This document shows positions 1 to 9,200 of a stretch of DNA of 18,936 nucleotides, piece by piece. Each line of letters opens with the position of its first letter. Position 1 is the first letter of the stretch. The notes under the pieces are model-generated. The model did no database searches and was not told the DNA's origin. It worked only from the letters and a program-made list of their open reading frames with translations. The translations under genes and the position numbers were made by a program. This stretch comes from an archaeon (GTDB taxonomy: Archaea > Iainarchaeota > Iainarchaeia > Iainarchaeales > CSSED10-239), in the NCBI GenBank assembly GCA_035400625.1, contig DAOMZT010000005.1:38696-57631 (forward strand), read 5' to 3'.

Positions 1-397
1 TACTAAAAATGCAAATGATCAATATGTAACAGGAAATGTAAGTACTAAGCAATATATAGTAGGAGCAACACCAATAAATACATGTGCAAATAATATAAAC
101 GACTATGAAATTGTATTCAATCCACCTGCAGGAAATTATCCTAATGTCACTAAATTAATTGTATATTTAGTAAATTCATATGAAGGCGATTGTGATTTCC
201 ATATATATTACACACTTAATGGTACTGATCCATCACCATATAATTCAGACACTTATCTATACAACACACACATAGGCTTAATTTCAAATACAACAATAAA
301 AGCCGCATTATTCGGATATAATTCTTCAACAAAATCATATTATAAAGGTCCAACTTTTACAAAACGCTATACATTTTTTCCACAAACAAATTCATAA
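1..397 (+). CDS. 3' end of a CDS that begins upstream of the window; surface/secreted protein fragment with a chitobiase/beta-hexosaminidase C-terminal-like (CHB_HEX_C_1 / Fn3-associated) module
   Basis: Reading from nt 2, the frame is open from the window edge to TAA at 395-397 (131 codons). It is absent from the ORF track because no start codon lies in the window. The translation ...VFNPPAGNYPNVTKLIVYLVNSYEGDCDFHIYYTLNGTDPSPYNSDTYLYNTHIGLISNTTIKAALFGY... shows the IYYTxxGxxP ... TTIKAxxF pattern typical of that module. A T-rich tract follows the stop. Confidence 0.7.
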   Translation, partial: TKNANDQYVTGNVSTKQYIVGATPINTCANNINDYEIVFNPPAGNYPNVTKLIVYLVNSYEGDCDFHIYYTLNGTDPSPYNSDTYLYNTHIGLISNTTIKAALFGYNSSTKSYYKGPTFTKRYTFFPQTNS

Positions 398-418
398 ATA
401 AATCCTTTTTTTCTATTT

Positions 419-458
419 CTTGTTTATTTATATTTATTCTTGTTTATTTATATTTATT
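419..458. repeat. Perfect tandem duplication of a 20-bp unit (CTTGTTTATTTATATTTATT x2) in the intergenic region upstream of thrS
   Basis: 419-438 and 439-458 are identical by direct reading and are followed by a partial third start (TCTGTATT). The repeat lies between the upstream gene's stop and the thrS Shine-Dalgarno site, in TATA-like sequence. Confidence 0.9.
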
Positions 459-545
459 TCTGTATTATATAATATATTATATCTTACCTAAAATTAACTT
501 AGTGGTAATAGGTATTTTTAGGTATCAAAAAACGGAGGAAAAAAC

Positions 546-2468
546 ATGAAAATAGAAGTAAAGTTTCCTGACGGCTCTAAAAGAGAAATAGAAGCAGGAA
601 AAAAAGCAAAGGATATTATCCTTGAAAATATTGGCGAGGGATTAGCAAGAATAGCAATCGCTGTAAAAGCCAACGGAAAATTGATAGACTTAGAAACACC
701 TATTACCACAACAACAGATTTTTTAGTTATAACATATAAAGATAAAGAAGGCAAGGAAATCTTTTGGCATAGCTCTTCACACATTATGGCTCTAGCTATA
801 AAAAGATTGTTTCCTGATGTTAAATTTGCAATAGGTCCTGCTATAGATGAAGGATTTTACTATGATGTAGACATTAATAGAGCATTTACCGAAGAAGAGT
901 TACAAAAAATAGAAGAAGAAGTTAATAAAATAATTAAAGAAGATATGCCTTTTGAAAGATTTGAAGTTGATTTTGGTAAAGCTTTAGAAATTTTTAAAGA
1001 CAACCCATACAAACTAGAACTGATAAATGAGATAAAGGACAAAGGGGAAAAGATATCCTATTATAAGATCGGAGAATTTAGTGACCTTTGTAGAGGGCCA
1101 CACATCTCTTCTTCTGGAAAGATAAAAGCATTTAAGGTTCTAAAGGCTTCAGGAGCATATTGGAGAGGAAATAGTAAAAATAAACAGCTTCAAAGAATCT
1201 ATGGTGTTTCCTATAACTCTTCAACAGAACTTAAAGAATACCTAACAAGACTAGAAGAAGCAGCAAAAAGAGATCATAGAAAGATAGGAAGAGAACTTGA
1301 TCTTTATAGCTTTCAAGAAGAAGCGCCAGGTATGCCATTCTTTCATGCTAAAGGTTCAATCATATGGAATAAGCTTGTTGAGTTCTTAACAGAAAAGCTT
1401 TACAAGAGAAATTATGAGATTAATAAAACACCAATGATTCTTAACCAATCACTTTGGTTAAGATCAGGACATTGGGACCATTATAAAGACAACATGTATT
1501 TTACAAAAATAGATGATCAGGACTATGCATTAAAACCAATGAATTGTCCAGGAAATCTTTTAATCTATAAGTCACATCAATATTCTTATAGAGATTTACC
1601 AATAAGAGCAGGAGAATTTGGATTAGTTCATAGACATGAGCTATCTGGTGTTCTTTCTGGTCTTTTTAGAGCAAGATGCTTTACTCAAGATGATGCTCAT
1701 ATTTTCTGTACAAGAGAACAAATGAAAGATGAAATTATCGATCTTATTAATCTCTTAGATGAGGTTTATGAAACATTTGGTTTTACTTATCGTATGGAAC
1801 TTTCCACAAAACCAGAAAATGCAATGGGAGATCCTGCTCTTTGGGATTTGGCTGAGAATACATTAAAAGAAGTATTAGATTCAACAGGAAAAGAATATAA
1901 CATCAATCCAGGAGACGGGGCATTCTATGGACCAAAAATTGATTTTCATTTAAAGGATGCAATTGGAAGAAACTGGCAATGTGGAACAATACAACTTGAT
2001 TTCCAGATGCCTGAAAAGTTTAATCTAACTTATGAAGGGCCAAACAACGAGAAGTTAAGGCCAGTAATGCTTCATAGAGCAATCTATGGCAGTGTTGAAA
2101 GATTTATGGGGATATTGGTTGAAGAATATGAAGGGAAGTTTCCTTTGTGGCTAAGCCCTGTCCAAGTAATTGTGCTACCTATCGCTGAAAGGCATAATGA
2201 CTATGCTCGTGTTGTTTCTAAAGTTTTAACTGATATTGGCCTTCGTGTAGAGATAGATGATAATGCCTTAACTCTAAACAAAAAGATTAGAAATGCAGAG
2301 CTTTCAAAGATCAATTACATCTTGGTAGTCGGCGACAGCGAAGAAAATAACCAAACAGTAAATGTCAGGACAAGAGATAACGAAATCTTAGGAGAAATTA
2401 AAGTCTCAGAGCTTATCAAAGCACTAAATGAGGAAATTATAGAAAAAAGAAGAAGTAGAAAAAAATAA
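546..2468 (+). CDS. thrS: Threonyl-tRNA synthetase (TGS domain + bacterial-type editing domain + class II core + anticodon-binding domain)
   Basis: 640-aa ORF. It has an N-terminal TGS-like segment (MKIEVKFPDGSKREIEAGK...) and the editing-domain motif HSSSHIMALA. The class II core shows the Zn-site context PMNCPG, FRARCFTQDDAHIFC and VMLHRAIYGSVERF. PVQVIVLPI marks the start of the anticodon-binding domain. GGAGG at 534-538 lies 7 nt before the ATG. Confidence 0.95.
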   Translation: MKIEVKFPDGSKREIEAGKKAKDIILENIGEGLARIAIAVKANGKLIDLETPITTTTDFLVITYKDKEGKEIFWHSSSHIMALAIKRLFPDVKFAIGPAIDEGFYYDVDINRAFTEEELQKIEEEVNKIIKEDMPFERFEVDFGKALEIFKDNPYKLELINEIKDKGEKISYYKIGEFSDLCRGPHISSSGKIKAFKVLKASGAYWRGNSKNKQLQRIYGVSYNSSTELKEYLTRLEEAAKRDHRKIGRELDLYSFQEEAPGMPFFHAKGSIIWNKLVEFLTEKLYKRNYEINKTPMILNQSLWLRSGHWDHYKDNMYFTKIDDQDYALKPMNCPGNLLIYKSHQYSYRDLPIRAGEFGLVHRHELSGVLSGLFRARCFTQDDAHIFCTREQMKDEIIDLINLLDEVYETFGFTYRMELSTKPENAMGDPALWDLAENTLKEVLDSTGKEYNINPGDGAFYGPKIDFHLKDAIGRNWQCGTIQLDFQMPEKFNLTYEGPNNEKLRPVMLHRAIYGSVERFMGILVEEYEGKFPLWLSPVQVIVLPIAERHNDYARVVSKVLTDIGLRVEIDDNALTLNKKIRNAELSKINYILVVGDSEENNQTVNVRTRDNEILGEIKVSELIKALNEEIIEKRRSRKK

Positions 2469-2482
2469 AGGAGAAATAAAAC

Positions 2483-2896
2483 ATGAAAATATATATAATA
2501 GCAAGCAGATACAATTATCATAGAATTGAAGAAATCAAGAAAGAGCTTGAAAACAGAGGCCATATAATTACTTTGCCTAATTGCTTTGATGACCCTTTTT
2601 TAGAAGAAAGAATAAAACTAGAAAAAGATCAAGAAAAACATCAAAAATTTAAAGCAGAAAATTATTTACTTCAAAGAAAAAAAGTTTCAGATATTGATGC
2701 TGTTCTAGTAATTAACTTTCAAAAGAATAATATACCTAACTATATTGGAGGCGCGACCTTTCTAGAGATGTATGAAGCATTTATGCAAAATAAAAAAATA
2801 TTCATGTATAATCCAATACCAGATGGAATATTAAAAGATGAAATAATTGGATTTAATCCAATAATCATAAATGGAAATATTGATTTAATAAAATAA
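2483..2896 (+). CDS. Small Rossmann-like protein resembling the nucleoside 2-deoxyribosyltransferase superfamily
   Basis: 137-aa ORF. It starts MKIYIIAS (the KIYlAG-type first strand). The distal segment DAVLVIN...YIGGATFLEMYEAFMQNKKIF resembles the D.GT.FE.G.A...GKP catalytic-Glu region of that superfamily. AGGAG at 2469-2473 lies 9 nt before the ATG. The gene sits between thrS and aspS. Confidence 0.5.
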   Translation: MKIYIIASRYNYHRIEEIKKELENRGHIITLPNCFDDPFLEERIKLEKDQEKHQKFKAENYLLQRKKVSDIDAVLVINFQKNNIPNYIGGATFLEMYEAFMQNKKIFMYNPIPDGILKDEIIGFNPIIINGNIDLIK

Positions 2897-2909
2897 AGGA
2901 GAAATAAAA

Positions 2910-4184
2910 ATGGAAAAATATATAGCAAGAGGTTATGTCTCAGAAATAAGAAATTTTGGAAACTTAATGTTCTTTATATTAAGAGACCAATATAAAAAAG
3001 AACAAATTACTTTCTTTAAGAAGGATAATCCAGAACTTTTTAACAAAGCCAAAGATATTACTAAAGAATCAGTAATTGTTGTTACTGGAACAAAAAAAGC
3101 TTCTGACCAAGCAATGAACGGCTATGAAATAATACCAGAAAATCTTGATATACTTTCCATTTCTGATGCGCCCGTTCCTCTGGACATCTCTGGAAAGATA
3201 GACAGCGGATTTGATGCAAGAATCAACTATAGATATGTAGACTTGAGAGTTCCTGAAAATCTTGCTATCTTTAAAGTCAGATCTAAGATTGTTAGAGCAG
3301 TTACAAACTTCTTTGATTCTAAAGGTTTCATTAATATCAACACTCCAAAGATTGTATCCTGTGGAGTAGAAAGTGGCTCAGAGTTATTTGAAATAAAATA
3401 CTTTGATAAGGTCGCATATCTTTCCCAATCCCCACAAGTCTATAAGCAGATGATGATTGCTTCTGGCTTTAATAATGTTTATGAAATTGGAGAGGTTTTT
3501 AGAGCAGAAAAGAGCCACACCACAAGGCACTTAACAGAGTTTACAGGGATAGATATGGAAATGGGCTACATTAAAGACCCTGAAGAAGTCTATAATGTCC
3601 TAGAAGAACTAATGAAATATGTTTTAACTGAAATAAAAAAAGAATGTAAACAAGAACTTGAATTACTAAAAGTAGAAATAAAAATACCAGAAAAAATTCC
3701 AAGAATAAAAATGAAAGATGCAAAAAAACTACTTGCTGAGAAAGGAAAAACAATACCTGCAGAAGAAGACTTAGATTCTGAAGGCGAGAAAATGTTAGGA
3801 GATATTGTTATGGAGAAATTCAATTCAGAGTTTGTGTTCTTAACAGAATTTCCTTTTTCTAAAAGGCCTTTCTATCATATGTGTGAGATAGATCCTGAAA
3901 CTAAACAAAAAATAACAAAAAGTGCAGACCTAATCTGGAAAGGTTGTGAGATTTGTACTGGTGCTCAAAGAGAACACAGAACCTCTGTACTTAAAGAGCA
4001 GATTATTGAGAAAGGAATGTCTTTAGAAGATATGGACTACTATATTAAAATGCTAAGTTATGGTGTTCCAAGTCATGGTGGAGCAGGCTTAGGTTTAGAC
4101 AGGATCACACAATTAATGTTAAATCTTACTAATGTAAAAGAAGCAGTTCTTCTTCCAAGAGATCCTGAAAGATTAACCCCATAA
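2910..4184 (+). CDS. aspS: Aspartyl-tRNA synthetase, short archaeal/eukaryal type (no bacterial GAD insertion)
   Basis: 424-aa ORF. The N-terminus is an OB-fold (GYVSEIRNFGNLMFFILRD). Class IIb motif 2 is FRAEKSHTTRHLTEFTGIDMEM and motif 3 is GGAGLGLDRITQLML. AGGAG at 2897-2901 lies 8 nt before the ATG. Confidence 0.93.
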   Translation: MEKYIARGYVSEIRNFGNLMFFILRDQYKKEQITFFKKDNPELFNKAKDITKESVIVVTGTKKASDQAMNGYEIIPENLDILSISDAPVPLDISGKIDSGFDARINYRYVDLRVPENLAIFKVRSKIVRAVTNFFDSKGFININTPKIVSCGVESGSELFEIKYFDKVAYLSQSPQVYKQMMIASGFNNVYEIGEVFRAEKSHTTRHLTEFTGIDMEMGYIKDPEEVYNVLEELMKYVLTEIKKECKQELELLKVEIKIPEKIPRIKMKDAKKLLAEKGKTIPAEEDLDSEGEKMLGDIVMEKFNSEFVFLTEFPFSKRPFYHMCEIDPETKQKITKSADLIWKGCEICTGAQREHRTSVLKEQIIEKGMSLEDMDYYIKMLSYGVPSHGGAGLGLDRITQLMLNLTNVKEAVLLPRDPERLTP

Positions 4185-4201
4185 ACTTAAAATGAGAAAA
4201 T

Positions 4202-4834
4202 ATGTTGAAACGACCAATAAGATACAAAATAAACTTAAATAGGAAAACAAATTGTAAGAATAGGACTTTAGAAAATACCAAATTAAAGCCAAATAATAGA
4301 AAAAAGAGCAGGAACAATTTAGAAAATATTCAAAAATTAAAGCCAAATAAATCAAGAAAAATAAAATTTGACAATCACACTATATATGTTAAAGAAAAAA
4401 ACACACACTGTTTAGAAATTGCAGAATTTTTTGTAAAAAACAGAAAAAATCCAAATAGGGATTTACCTGTCATTATTAAAGGCCTTATGGATTTTGCAAG
4501 AAAAAAAGGATATTCTACAATTACAGGAAATACATGGATATTTGCAGAACATCCAGCAATTGCTGAAAGATTAGGTGTGATTATTCCTCAAAAAGAAAAA
4601 AAAATAGCAACATTTAATGAATATAAAAAAAAGAAAAATATAATCAAAATTTTAGGAGCTAAACCTAAAACAAAAATATTGCCACCAGAAATATCAAAAG
4701 AGGTAAGAAAAAATCCAGATTTTGCATTTAAAACTATTGATTGTATCATAAAAACTGATGGTGGCTATCATGTTAGAACAGAAATTTGCGTGCCTTACGA
4801 ATATATATTTCTTCCATTCGCTATAAAACTTTAG
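4202..4834 (+). CDS. Hypothetical protein with a Lys/Arg/Asn-rich N-terminal third; the globular C-terminal part has no recognised family
   Basis: 210-aa ORF with no convincing SD upstream. The N-terminus carries the repeat LENTKLKPNNRKK / LENIQKLKPNKSRK. The segment ...LPVIIKGLMDFARKKGYSTITGNTWIFAEHPAIAERLGV... looks like a folded domain. The last base of the TAG stop is also the first base of tRNA-Val. Confidence 0.5.
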   Translation: MLKRPIRYKINLNRKTNCKNRTLENTKLKPNNRKKSRNNLENIQKLKPNKSRKIKFDNHTIYVKEKNTHCLEIAEFFVKNRKNPNRDLPVIIKGLMDFARKKGYSTITGNTWIFAEHPAIAERLGVIIPQKEKKIATFNEYKKKKNIIKILGAKPKTKILPPEISKEVRKNPDFAFKTIDCIIKTDGGYHVRTEICVPYEYIFLPFAIKL

Positions 4835-4906
4835 GTCCTATAGTCTAGTGGTTATGACGTTACCTTCACATGGTAAAGATCCCCGGTCCGATCCCGGGTA
4901 GGACCA
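4834..4906 (+). tRNA. tRNA-Val (anticodon CAC), no encoded CCA
   Basis: Hand-folded cloverleaf. Acceptor stem GGTCCTA/TAGGACC. D-arm GTCT-AGTGGTTA-TGAC (archaeal/eukaryal style). Anticodon stem TTACC/GGTAA with loop TTCACAT. T-stem CCCGG/CCGGG with loop TCCGATC. Discriminator A, followed by TTTT. Confidence 0.88.
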
Positions 4907-4913
4907 TTTTCAT

Positions 4914-5447
4914 TTATCTTGTTTCCATTTGAGCTAATTTGTCTTTATAAAAATCAGGAAGAGAGCAATCACTTGCTCCTTTTACTAGTGTTTGCTTGTA
5001 ATTCTTACTTGGCTTACCATTAATATCAAAGTTGTTTGTTTGAATATAGATTTCTGCTGAAATTGTTTTGCCATTTTTAGTAACAACATCAATCCATTCT
5101 CTATTATAGCTGTTCTTTGATTTTTCCCTATCTTTTCTGTAACCTTCAATAACATCAAGCTTTTCTATTTCTTTCTTTGTTAGAAGATAAAGACAACCAT
5201 AGACCTCTGAATTCTCATCAAAAACAACAGAGCCAACACCTCTTGGAAAAATCAGACGATGGCTTTTAAGCACGCCATAGCCTTCAGAAATCAAGTCATT
5301 ATTGCCTACTCTGTTTCTTAGAAGATCAATATCCATATTACTGCCATATGCAAAATAATAATAAGTAGTATTAAAATTTAACAAAATGAAAATAATTACT
5401 CCTAGAAAAATAAAAAGACACAAAAAAATAATCAATCTTTTAAGCAT
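4914..5447 (-). CDS. Gamma-glutamylcyclotransferase / AIG2-like family protein with an N-terminal transmembrane anchor
   Basis: 177-aa ORF. The hydrophobic N-terminus is LIIFLCLFIFLGVIIFILL. It is followed by the family hallmark YFAYGSNM and a downstream LDVIEGY (putative catalytic Glu context). Confidence 0.72.
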   Translation of the reverse strand: MLKRLIIFLCLFIFLGVIIFILLNFNTTYYYFAYGSNMDIDLLRNRVGNNDLISEGYGVLKSHRLIFPRGVGSVVFDENSEVYGCLYLLTKKEIEKLDVIEGYRKDREKSKNSYNREWIDVVTKNGKTISAEIYIQTNNFDINGKPSKNYKQTLVKGASDCSLPDFYKDKLAQMETR

Positions 5448-5598
5448 ATTTATTACTTCTTAAAAATTTCTTTTATAGGTCTTTTCAATAACAAATTATA
5501 AATAACCAAATTTTAACTAAAATATAGTAAGCTGAAGTATTTATAAACATATTTTATTATATATTGATTAGAACAATTAAATTAAACTTAAACAAAAG

Positions 5599-6276
5599 AT
5601 GGATATGGAAATAATAAAAGACATTTATAACATTTTACTCATTAACTATGGGCCACAAGGTTGGTGGCCAATATCTGATATTGGTTATCACCCTAACAAA
5701 TATTATGTAATTAAAACACATAAACAAATCTTTGAGGTTTATGTTGGAGCAATATTAACACAAGCAAATTCTTGGGAGAATGTTGAGAAATCAATATTTA
5801 ATCTTAAAAAAAACAATCTATTAAACCCAAAAGCAATAATTCAAAGCGATTCTAGAACAGTAAAACATGCTATAAATAATCTTAGCTATTATAATCAAAA
5901 ATATGAAAGATTAGTAAATGTTTCTAAATTCTATCTAAGTTTAAAAGATCGAATGCCTACTAGACCTGAACTTTTATCAGTAAAAGGCATAGGAAAAGAA
6001 ACAGCAGATTCCATTCTTTTATATGCCCACAGAGAACCTATCTTTGTTGTTGACACTTATACTAAAAGGATACTCTTAAATCTTAAACTAATTAAAAAGA
6101 ATGCAAAATACGAAGAGATACAAAAACTATTTATGGATAACCTACCAAAAGACTTTAAGGTATATCAAGAATATCATGCTTTGCTTGTTGAACACGGAAA
6201 AAGGCATTATTCCACAAAAGCAAAGAAAGGCAAAACACTAAAGGTTAGAGATCCTTTACTTAATCAGCTAAGATAA
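5599..6276 (+). CDS. Endonuclease III-related HhH-GPD DNA glycosylase-like protein lacking the C-terminal Fe-S cysteine cluster
   Basis: 225-aa ORF. The helix-hairpin-helix is LLSVKGIGKETADSILLYA, followed by FVVDTYTKRIL (catalytic Asp context). No Cys-x6-Cys-x2-Cys-x5-Cys motif occurs at the C-terminus. The N-terminal GPQGWWP motif is typical of the COG2231-type EndoIII-related group. Confidence 0.8.
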   Translation: MDMEIIKDIYNILLINYGPQGWWPISDIGYHPNKYYVIKTHKQIFEVYVGAILTQANSWENVEKSIFNLKKNNLLNPKAIIQSDSRTVKHAINNLSYYNQKYERLVNVSKFYLSLKDRMPTRPELLSVKGIGKETADSILLYAHREPIFVVDTYTKRILLNLKLIKKNAKYEEIQKLFMDNLPKDFKVYQEYHALLVEHGKRHYSTKAKKGKTLKVRDPLLNQLR

Positions 6277-9200
6277 CCATAAAACTGATTTATAAAACCA
6301 ACTAATTCTTTACCATATTTTGGTGTTTCGCCAGGATTCCATTTTTCTGCAACACCTTTTTTCTTGTTACTACCTGTAGATAATACCGTGCCAGAATAGT
6401 TATTTTTTAGATTAATTAAAGTTGCTTCAAAGCCAGCATCTAGTGAAGGATATACACAAAAATTGCCGTTTTTTGCTTTTCTACCACCACAAGCACAGCC
6501 ATTTGTTGCTTTGATGCCTGTTGGATTATTCGTTGCTGTTAGCGCACCATTTTTATAAGACCCAGATAACTTATTGTACATGGATTTCTCTCTTTGAAAA
6601 ATTGCCAAAATAAAAATAGGATCTACCTCATATATTGCACAAAGATTATATAGTGTTGGAATGGCCCGTATAAATTTTTCGTCTGCTTTATATCTATTTG
6701 GCCTATCTCCTGCGATTTTTTTAATATCATCCAATGAAACAGACGGAGCACTTGTAACAACCACACTGTTTTTTGCTCTTTTAGTGTTTACTTTTTTAGC
6801 TAAACCTAAATCTCCTGACCTTAATTTAGTTAATGTGTTTGCGTTAGTTGTATAACAACTACCTGTCCCTTTATCTAAAGAATTAATTATTTCTTCTTTT
6901 GTTTTAGGCTCAGACTTTGTAGGTTTTGCAGAGCCCTTAATAGATAACATAAATTTATCAAGCCACACCTTATCAAAGTGCACTAATTGATTAAAACTTG
7001 TCCCATTACTTACAAATTTGTTTTCTAAATCCAGTAGACTAGAATAGCTTGTTTCTGAATTATAAATATAGACATATGTACCGTTTTTTACAAAATCAAA
7101 AAGTGTTATTACATCATCATTCAACATACGAATACAGCCATGAGATCTCTGTTGCCCCATTGAGTTTTCTTTATTTGTTCCATGAATGTATATTCCTCTA
7201 TAAATTGTGTTTCTATTCCCATTTTCACAACCAACACCGATGTTGCCTTTTTCTAAACCATCTATTACTAATTTTCTTGTTACAACATAAGCAGTTCCCA
7301 CATTTTTTTTAGAAATTACTGGTGTGCTATTATTGCATTTACAACCACTTTCATCGATTATTTGGTAAGGCAGACAATTTTGTCCAACTTTTTGTACAAT
7401 TTTAAATAATCCTATTGGAGTTTTATAACTATCATTAACACAGCCAAACCCGTTTACTCCTGTTGACAACGGAAATTCAGCAATTATGTTTGTTTTATTG
7501 TTTTCCTTATTTACTAAAAACAATTTCTTATACTTTCCTAATATGACAATCATTGGCTCTTTAGGATCCAATCTTATTTTCTCATTAATTTCTGGATAGT
7601 CTTCTGTTGAATAACTGTTCTTATAATAGATATCAAACTCTTTTTGTAATATTCTATTATACACTTCTTCAAGTTCTTTATATACTGGACTATCATTAGG
7701 ATTTACCCCTGTTAACAACATATTAAAAGAAGAAGAATCAAAGATATATTCTGGAATATTCCCTTGATTTATTGATGTATCAACAGAACCTAAAAAGACC
7801 CCGTTTTCTTTAGCTTTTGCTATTAGTTTTTGATTAAGATTATTTGAAATCATAACTTCTTTTATTTGGCCATTTTCATAATAGCCATAAGCATTCTTCC
7901 ATCTTGCTGTAGTTTTTAAGAAAACATCTAATCTCTCTATTTTTAAGGTGTTTACCCATGAATGAATAATGTAATGATTAGAGCCAATTTTTCCTAGATA
8001 AACAACTACATGACTATATTCCTTGTCTTTATAGCTGGTGTTGTTATGCTTTATGCCAAGAACAGAACCAGGAATCAATAAATCAAAGTTTTTTTCTTGT
8101 AATGAACCTGTTGTTGCTTTCCAAATACTAATATTATTTGGCTGTTTTGCTAAATTCCAAGCATCAGCAGAATCAAATCTATATCCAAAGAAATTATTAT
8201 TGAAATTTCTAATAAATGCAGAACAAAAATTCACTTTTGGATTTGACCAAAAACTAACACAATCTGTTGGAGTGTTACTAACGCATGTATTTCTATATCT
8301 TTCAAAGAACGAATCTTTTGGAACATATTTTGTTTTAGATATCTTACAGATTAATGTTTCATTACAATTTAATAAGTCACTAAATTCTTTATTTAATGTT
8401 GGTTCATTTTTTATTATTTTTTTATAGACTTTACTATAGTCTTTTAGGATATTTAAATTTCTATTGTCTGTTTCGGTTTTAATAAATGTATTAACTGCCT
8501 GTATGTTTTTATACAGCGTTTGAGAATCGTCAATGGTATATACCGCAAAAGAATCGTTAGGTTGCATATTTTGATTTTGAGCAGTTTGATTCTCCAAAGA
8601 GCCGACATTGCTATTCCCTAAGGCACTTGCAAATTCCAAATAGCTTTCTTCCTTTTTAACATCTAATTCTTCATCTATATTTTTCCATAAAGAAAATTTA
8701 TTTTCAGAAATTGAAAAACAAGCTTCGCTATTATATATATTATTAATCAATTCAAAAAATCTAAAATCTTGATTTTCTTTATTTAATCTATATACATGCC
8801 TTCCATTTTCTGTGCTTTCAAAAACATCTACATTAAAGACTAAAGGGCTTTGTGATTCTATGATTATTGGATAACTTGCATTTTCTAATTTTGGAGGGTA
8901 GATTACAATTGTTTCTTTTGTTGCAAATTCTTCTCTTGAGTTATTTATAGTTAAGAGGTTATTTGTATAATTTACATATTCTCTGCCATTATAATATTTT
9001 ATAATAATTTCTTCTCCTGCATCTTTGTTAATTATCACAGGTTCTGTTAAGTTAATTATAAAATCAGGGTGTGCAGAATCAATGGAAACAACATTTCCGT
9101 TTTGTAAATTGTTATAATTATCAATAATTTCTGGGAGATTAGATGTAAAAGAAGTGGTATTTTCAAAAATATTTCCACGATTATAACTTAGTGCATTTAT

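Noticed and set aside
419-458. Possibility that the 20-bp tandem repeat is a CRISPR fragment
   Set aside because: There are only two directly abutting copies with no spacers, the repeat is AT-only in composition, and no cas genes are present in the window.
4191-4241. 16-codon ORF (ATGAGAAAATATGTT...TAG) between aspS and the 4202 ORF, and a 9-codon minus-strand ORF in 17798..17887
   Set aside because: Both are too short, lack an SD and have no distinctive sequence. They are most likely chance ORFs.
518-4355. Antisense ORFs in the track opposite thrS, the middle gene, aspS and the 4202 ORF (518..784, 860..1042, 2315..2563, 2740..2928, 3571..3753, 3590..3823, 4129..4317, 4173..4355)
   Set aside because: All lie inside or across well-supported genes on the other strand. 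Their translations are low-complexity Phe/Leu/Ser/Ile strings typical of shadow frames in AT-rich DNA, and they lack SD sites.
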